A DNA stretch of 64,000 bases from an uncultured Eubacteriales bacterium (GTDB lineage: Bacteria > Bacillota > Clostridia > Christensenellales > UBA1242). The stretch covers positions 1 through 64,000 of the forward strand of contig CASDSK010000038.1 in NCBI GenBank assembly GCA_949283525.1, written 5' to 3'. The notes under the pieces are model-generated. The model worked only from the letters and a program-made list of their open reading frames with translations. It had not been told where the DNA came from and did not search any database. Both the position numbers and the translations under genes were made by a program. Positions 58,792-64,000 of the stretch are shown piece by piece (within the stretch, counting starts at the first letter, position 1; the number at the start of each line of letters is the position of its first letter).

Positions 58792-60774
58792 TTATAAATC
58801 AAAACTATTTTTTTTGAGTATATTAATAAAATCTTGTTCATTTAATATTTTTATACCCAATGATATGGCTTTGTCATATTTTGAACCAACGCTTTCTCCT
58901 GCTAAAACATAAGAAGTTTTCTTTGATACGCTAGAAGAAATTTTGCCTCCCCTTTTTTCTATTTCTTGTCCTGCTTGTTCTCTTGTAAAGGACTTAAGCG
59001 TACCTGTTAAAACAAACGTTAAATCATTAAAAATACCTGAGTCATTTTTATTTATAGATTGTGGAGATATTCCCCTTATAAATAGTTGTCGTATTATTTC
59101 AATATTTTGTTTATCTTCAAAATATTCTACAATACCTTGAGCGATTATTTCGGCAATCTCTTCTACTTTCATTAACTCGTCAAAAGTTGCATTTTGAAAT
59201 TTATCAAAAGTTTTAAAATAACTAGCCAAATCTTTAGCCGTTTTTTTGCCTATATTTTTTATTCCTAAAGCATATATAAATTTGTCTAATGTTGGAGATT
59301 TAGAATTTTGAATATTATTATAAATATTCTGCGTCTTTTTGTCTTTAAATTTATCTAATTTAATTAAATCTTCTTGTGATAAATCATATAATTGATAAGG
59401 GTACTGAATGTTAAAATTTTTACAAAACGCTCCTACTGTTTTATCTGAAACGCCTTCTATATTCATAGCATCTTTACTGCAAAAATGTACTAAACGCTTT
59501 TGAATTTGTGCAGGACATCCCCAGTAGTTAGTGCAAAATGTTTCTATTTCATCTTGCTTTAACTTTTGACCACAACTTGGACAAATTTCTGGCATTATGA
59601 CATCTTTACTTTCTGGCGTGTCTTTGGCTAATCCAATAATTTCAGGGATAACTTCATTGCTTCTCCTAACAAAAACATAAGAGTTTATTTTAATGTTTTT
59701 CCTTCTTATATCACTATAATTATTTAAAGTCGCCCTTTGTATTGTAGCGCCTGATAAAAAAATGGGTTCTATAATTGCTAAAGGCGTTATTTTGCCCGTT
59801 CTCCCAACTTGAAATTTAATATCTAACACTTTACTTGTCAGTTCTTGTGGTGCAAATTTATATGCCATAGCGAATTTTGGGAAGCGTGAAGTATGCCCTA
59901 ATTCTTGGCAAATCTTAAAATCATTTATCTTAATAACTACTCCATCAATTAATATGTCAAGTTTTTCTTTTGTATTATCAACTTCATCAATTAATTGATT
60001 AATTTCCCCAAAATTATCCACAATTTTATTAAAATTATGAACCTTAAATTTGTTGTCTTCCAAAAAATTAAATACATCTTGTTGCGAACTTAACACTTTA
60101 CCTTCAATGTATGGGACAGCATAAAAATACATATCTAGATTTCTAGATTTTGTTACTTGTGGATTAAGATTTCTGATAGCACCTGCTGCTGCATTTCTAA
60201 CATTTTTAAGTTGTTCATCGTTATTTTTGTTGTATTTAACCAATTCCGATTTCAGCATTATTGCTTCACCTTGAACTATAACTTTATTTTGATAAGGAAT
60301 TGACAACGGAATACTTTTGATTGTCTTAACTTGATTAGTAACTACTTCACCGACAATACCATTACCTCTAGTCATTGCCTTTTTGAAAACACCCTTATCA
60401 TATAAAATTGTTATAGTTAATCCATCAAATTTATATTCAAATGAAAATTTTGTATTTGGATAATCTAATAAAACATCATTTACCCATTGTTGAAGTTCTT
60501 CTTTTGATTGTCGCTTGTCAAGGCTATATAACGGAACTATATGTTTCTCTTTTTTAAAATTTGATAAAACTTCTGCACCTACTCTTTGACTAGGTGAGTC
60601 GTCAAAAACAAAGTTATGTTGTTTCTCGAGCAACATTAACTCGTCAAGTAATTTATCATACTCAGCATCACTAATAGTAGGATTATCCAAAATATAATAA
60701 TTATAATTATGTTGATTAATCTCATCAATTAATTGACGCATACGTTTTTTGTAGTCCATAATTACCTCTATCAA
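58792..60774 (-). CDS. ligA: NAD-dependent DNA ligase.
   Basis: Adenylation-site KxDG, OB domain, Zn finger, HhH and BRCT domains. Confidence 0.95.
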   Translation of the reverse strand: MIEVIMDYKKRMRQLIDEINQHNYNYYILDNPTISDAEYDKLLDELMLLEKQHNFVFDDSPSQRVGAEVLSNFKKEKHIVPLYSLDKRQSKEELQQWVNDVLLDYPNTKFSFEYKFDGLTITILYDKGVFKKAMTRGNGIVGEVVTNQVKTIKSIPLSIPYQNKVIVQGEAIMLKSELVKYNKNNDEQLKNVRNAAAGAIRNLNPQVTKSRNLDMYFYAVPYIEGKVLSSQQDVFNFLEDNKFKVHNFNKIVDNFGEINQLIDEVDNTKEKLDILIDGVVIKINDFKICQELGHTSRFPKFAMAYKFAPQELTSKVLDIKFQVGRTGKITPLAIIEPIFLSGATIQRATLNNYSDIRRKNIKINSYVFVRRSNEVIPEIIGLAKDTPESKDVIMPEICPSCGQKLKQDEIETFCTNYWGCPAQIQKRLVHFCSKDAMNIEGVSDKTVGAFCKNFNIQYPYQLYDLSQEDLIKLDKFKDKKTQNIYNNIQNSKSPTLDKFIYALGIKNIGKKTAKDLASYFKTFDKFQNATFDELMKVEEIAEIIAQGIVEYFEDKQNIEIIRQLFIRGISPQSINKNDSGIFNDLTFVLTGTLKSFTREQAGQEIEKRGGKISSSVSKKTSYVLAGESVGSKYDKAISLGIKILNEQDFINILKKNSFDL

Positions 60775-63026
60775 ATAAGTGTGAGTGGTGACACATTAAA
60801 AGTTAAATTTTTAACGCCAACATCTTCAAACTCTACGCTAATTAAATTTGCTGATTGCAATTTGGATGTGTCTATAATAACACCTACTCCAAATTTCGGG
60901 TGTTCCACCTTAGCCCCCACAACAAAACCATCAAATGACTTGTCTTCCATATTATAAGCCATAGTTTGAATTATTGATTTTATAAAATTATTTTCTTGAT
61001 TTACACTTCTATAAGTAGAATTAGAATTTTGATTATAATTATTATTAGCAAAATTATAAGATTTATCAAGGTTATAACCTAGATTAAAATATACTTTTTT
61101 GATATTACGATTATCTTTAAGTTCATTAAGAAATCTAGAAGTAATAAAACGTTTGATTTGCCCAAACTTGAATCTACTTTCGCATCTAGATAAATATAAC
61201 CTTTCTTTTGCTCTTGTTACTGCGACATAAAAAAGTCTTCGCTCTTCTTCTATGTCATCAATCTCATTATTACGCAAAATTGGAAAATTTTCTTCCTCTA
61301 ACCCAACGACAAAAACAGCCCTAAATTCCAATCCTTTAACGGCGTGAATTGTAGCCAAAATAACAGTATTATTAGCATCATCTTTGTCATCTGCATCGCT
61401 CAAAAGCGTAATAGCTTGTAAATATTCAAATAATGTATCATTAGGATAAGTCTTTGAATAAGCGTAAATAGATGTTACTAACGATTCAATATTCTTTATT
61501 CTATTCGCATCTTCTTCAGTATTTTTATCTGCATACATTTCACGAATTTTAGTTTTCTCAATAACTTTTTCAACAGTTTCTACTAATGAACTTGTTTCTG
61601 CATATTGTTGTAGTTCTATTATCAATTCTTTGAAATGAATTATCTTTGTTTTTAACGCATTAGTTAAATTATCCGAGTGTTCCATAATATACTCAAGCAT
61701 ACTTAAGTTATGTTCATCAGCCATACTCTTTAAATTATTAATTGATGTTTGACCTATTCCCCTTTTTGGAAAATTGATAATTCTTATAAGGCTTTCATTG
61801 TCTTGATGATTAACTATTACTTTCAAATACGCTAAAATATTTTTTATCTCTGCTCTTTCATAGAACTTCATACCACCCAAAACTTTGTATGGAATGTTTG
61901 CAGTCAAAAGACTTTCTTCTATAGGTCTACTTAATGCATTATATCTCATTAGTACGGCAATGTCTTTATATTGATAACCTTCACTAACTAACTGTTTAAT
62001 TCTTCTTGAAATAAATTCTGCTTCCTGAACATCATTTGCACCAACAAATAATTCAATAGGTGCTCCGTCTTGATTATTAGTAAAAAGAACTTTATCCAAA
62101 CGCTGTTCATTATTTTTGATTACACAGTTAGCAATGTCAATAATACTTTTGGTACAACGATAATTTTGTTCTAACTTATAAATTTTAACATTATTAAAAT
62201 CATATTGAAAATTTAGTATATTTTCAATATTAGCACCACGCCAACCATATATACACTGGTCTTCATCTCCTACCACCATTATATTCCCATATTTTGAAGA
62301 TAATATTTTGGCAATATCATATTGTACTTTGTTAGTATCTTGAAATTCATCAATTAAAATGTACTGAAATCTATCTTGAAATTTTTCTCTCGCTTCTTGG
62401 CAATTCAAAAGCAATTCATACGTTTTGATTAATAAATCGTCAAAATCAAAAGCATTACTAACAAAAAGTTCTTTTTGATATTGCTCATAGACCTTACAAA
62501 TATTGTCAATATCTTGTACAAAAGCATATTCTTTCTTATATTCTTCAACAGATAAATTTTGATTTTTGGCGTTACTAATATGATAAACAAAAGTTTTTTT
62601 CTTGTCTTCATCAATATTTAATTCGACCAAAATTCGTTTGACAATATTTTCCTTCTCTTGTTCTCCATAAATAGAGAAACTTTTGGAAAACCCTATTCTG
62701 TCAGCAAATTGTCTTAAAATTCGAACACATAGTGAATGGAAAGTACATATCCACATATCCTGAGTGTTTTCCACTAATTGTTCGACACGTTCCTTCATTT
62801 CTTGTGCTGCCTTGTTTGTAAAAGTTATAGCCAAAATATTATAAGGTGAAACACCTTGACTAATCAAATATGCTACTCTATGCGTCAAAACTCTAGTTTT
62901 ACCACTTCCAGCACCAGCAGTTACCAAAACTGCACCTTCTGTTTGTAAAACTATTTTTCTCTGTTGTTCATTTAAAGTATTAATTAAATCTAATTTATCC
63001 ATAGCGTTATTATAACACAATTTCAT
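60771..63026 (-). CDS. pcrA: ATP-dependent DNA helicase PcrA (UvrD family).
   Basis: AGAGSGKT, DEFQDTN and the helicase motifs. pcrA-ligA order. Confidence 0.9.
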   Translation of the reverse strand: MKLCYNNAMDKLDLINTLNEQQRKIVLQTEGAVLVTAGAGSGKTRVLTHRVAYLISQGVSPYNILAITFTNKAAQEMKERVEQLVENTQDMWICTFHSLCVRILRQFADRIGFSKSFSIYGEQEKENIVKRILVELNIDEDKKKTFVYHISNAKNQNLSVEEYKKEYAFVQDIDNICKVYEQYQKELFVSNAFDFDDLLIKTYELLLNCQEAREKFQDRFQYILIDEFQDTNKVQYDIAKILSSKYGNIMVVGDEDQCIYGWRGANIENILNFQYDFNNVKIYKLEQNYRCTKSIIDIANCVIKNNEQRLDKVLFTNNQDGAPIELFVGANDVQEAEFISRRIKQLVSEGYQYKDIAVLMRYNALSRPIEESLLTANIPYKVLGGMKFYERAEIKNILAYLKVIVNHQDNESLIRIINFPKRGIGQTSINNLKSMADEHNLSMLEYIMEHSDNLTNALKTKIIHFKELIIELQQYAETSSLVETVEKVIEKTKIREMYADKNTEEDANRIKNIESLVTSIYAYSKTYPNDTLFEYLQAITLLSDADDKDDANNTVILATIHAVKGLEFRAVFVVGLEEENFPILRNNEIDDIEEERRLFYVAVTRAKERLYLSRCESRFKFGQIKRFITSRFLNELKDNRNIKKVYFNLGYNLDKSYNFANNNYNQNSNSTYRSVNQENNFIKSIIQTMAYNMEDKSFDGFVVGAKVEHPKFGVGVIIDTSKLQSANLISVEFEDVGVKNLTFNVSPLTLI

Positions 63027-63048
63027 TAACTAACAAAACATTTTATTG

Positions 63049-63561
63049 CTAATAAGCTATGTCAAATTCTTTTTTGTGCTCATTATCGTATCTTTCTTTA
63101 AGTTTTACGTATTGTTCAGATAATTTTAATATGTAAGATTGTTTAGCATTTTCATTTAATTTATCATAAATATCGTGATTAATTAATTTTGATAAAGGAT
63201 TAAGCAAAACTTCATTGGAACTCATAATTTCACAAACTTTTTTGTACATAATATCTTCTTCAGACAAATCATTTGTTTTATTCATTTCTCGTATTTTATT
63301 GATAATTCTTCTTTTGCAAAATTCATTAACAACCTTGATATCTTGACCATTTTTTGTAGCATTTTCAATAATATTTCTTCTTTCTATAATAATATCATTC
63401 CAAAAACCTTTACGCAATCTAGTTCTTGCCTCTTTGGCTTCTTTTCTAAACTCATCCATAATTCCCTCCATAACGTAATTAATTTTAGCAATTAATTTAT
63501 AAAAAACAAAATGATTTTTGCCAAAATTTGGCAATCGACAAAAATTCCCATAATACGACAT
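63049..63561 (-). CDS. Uncharacterised helical protein. Probably starts at the internal Met at MEGIMDEF, giving about 140 aa. It is co-oriented and adjacent to rpsU.
   Basis: ORF only. Occupies the position taken by yqeY in Bacillus but has no GatB/YqeY similarity. Confidence 0.35.
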   Translation of the reverse strand: MSYYGNFCRLPNFGKNHFVFYKLIAKINYVMEGIMDEFRKEAKEARTRLRKGFWNDIIIERRNIIENATKNGQDIKVVNEFCKRRIINKIREMNKTNDLSEEDIMYKKVCEIMSSNEVLLNPLSKLINHDIYDKLNENAKQSYILKLSEQYVKLKERYDNEHKKEFDIAY

Positions 63562-63643
63562 AAGTTATGTTATATTAATACAAGTATAATAAAAAAAACT
63601 GTAGTTTAATCTACAGTTATAATAAAATCAAAAATATTAAATA

Positions 63644-63823
63644 TTAATTTTTTCTCATACGCTTTCTTGCAGCTTCTTCTTTCTTTTTACGCTTCTCACT
63701 AGGCTTCTCGTAAGCTTCTTTTTTACGAATGTCGCCAATGATACCATCTTTTTGACATTTGCGTTTAAAACGTTTTAAAGCACTGTCTAAAGATTCGTTA
63801 GCACCAACTTTAACTGAAGTCAT
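63644..63823 (-). CDS. rpsU: 30S ribosomal protein S21. It is 59 aa and therefore missing from the ORF track.
   Basis: Manual translation gives [69 protein letters not shown] upstream. Confidence 0.8.
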   Translation of the reverse strand: MTSVKVGANESLDSALKRFKRKCQKDGIIGDIRKKEAYEKPSEKRKKKEEAARKRMRKN

Positions 63824-63854
63824 CTATTTCACCACCTATTTTTTAAGATAAAAT

Positions 63855-63883
63855 AATATATCATATTATATTCTAAATGTCAA
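63855..63883 (-). promoter_or_regulatory. rpsU promoter.
   Basis: Minus strand: TTGACA, a 17-nt spacer, TATATT. Confidence 0.45.
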
Positions 63884-64000
63884 CAAAATTATACAATTTT
63901 ATTTCTTATTTAAAGTTGAATTTTCAAAGTCATTGCAATATCCCCTTCACAATTTATGGTGTAGGAATTATCAGTGCTATTAATTGGTGTAACGTTTTCT

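Noticed and set aside
1-64000. CRISPR arrays, integrases or prophage blocks, especially next to tRNA-Glu.
   Set aside because: No regularly spaced direct repeats are visible anywhere. No integrase or recombinase ORF flanks the tRNA. The only mobile-element signature is the IS200 fragment at the window start.

Overview
This is a very AT-rich (about 27-30% GC by eye), gene-dense chromosomal segment from a low-GC Firmicute. It uses the standard genetic code: Trp is TGG in rnhA, and long uninterrupted ORFs end in TAA, TGA or TAG. The core gene order is a compacted version of Bacillus-type synteny: rnhA, rny, recA, cinA-like, pgsA, rimO, ftsK, a NodB deacetylase, pnp, rpsO; tsaE-tsaB-rimI; spoVG, murC, lysS; rpmB divergent from yloU-yloV; rpe, rsgA, rlmN, priA, rpoZ; gatBAC, ligA, pcrA; rpsU. 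Several genes that sit between these anchors in Bacillus are absent (prpC/prkC, def/fmt, pbpX), which suggests a reduced genome that still makes peptidoglycan (murC, a MurF-like ligase, lgt, a lytic transglycosylase, NodB deacetylases). The window begins inside an IS200-family TnpA whose right end carries GC-rich hairpins. Three ABC transporter loci are present: two ABC-2/NatAB-like exporters, and a ThiXZ/SsuBC-like importer whose NMT1-type binding protein lies about 7 kb away. The accessory-looking content is concentrated in five places. (1) 36.1-43.8 kb holds a minus-strand operon of a small helical protein, a signal-less subtilisin and a Rossmann oxidoreductase with a Cys/His-rich C-terminal tail. 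It also holds an SLT transglycosylase, a YlbJ-like membrane protein and three uncharacterised proteins. (2) 44.5-46.0 kb holds a consensus promoter driving a small membrane protein and tRNA-Glu, then an orphan trpF with an in-frame TGA at the conserved aromatic position. (3) 48.50-48.70 kb holds a free-standing 24-codon cationic peptide gene with its own promoter and terminator. (4) 17.6-19.2 kb holds a MurF-like ligase fused to an N-terminal 5-TM domain. (5) 32.7-33.4 kb holds a single-chain tandem-OB SSB-like protein. No CRISPR array, integrase or prophage is visible.
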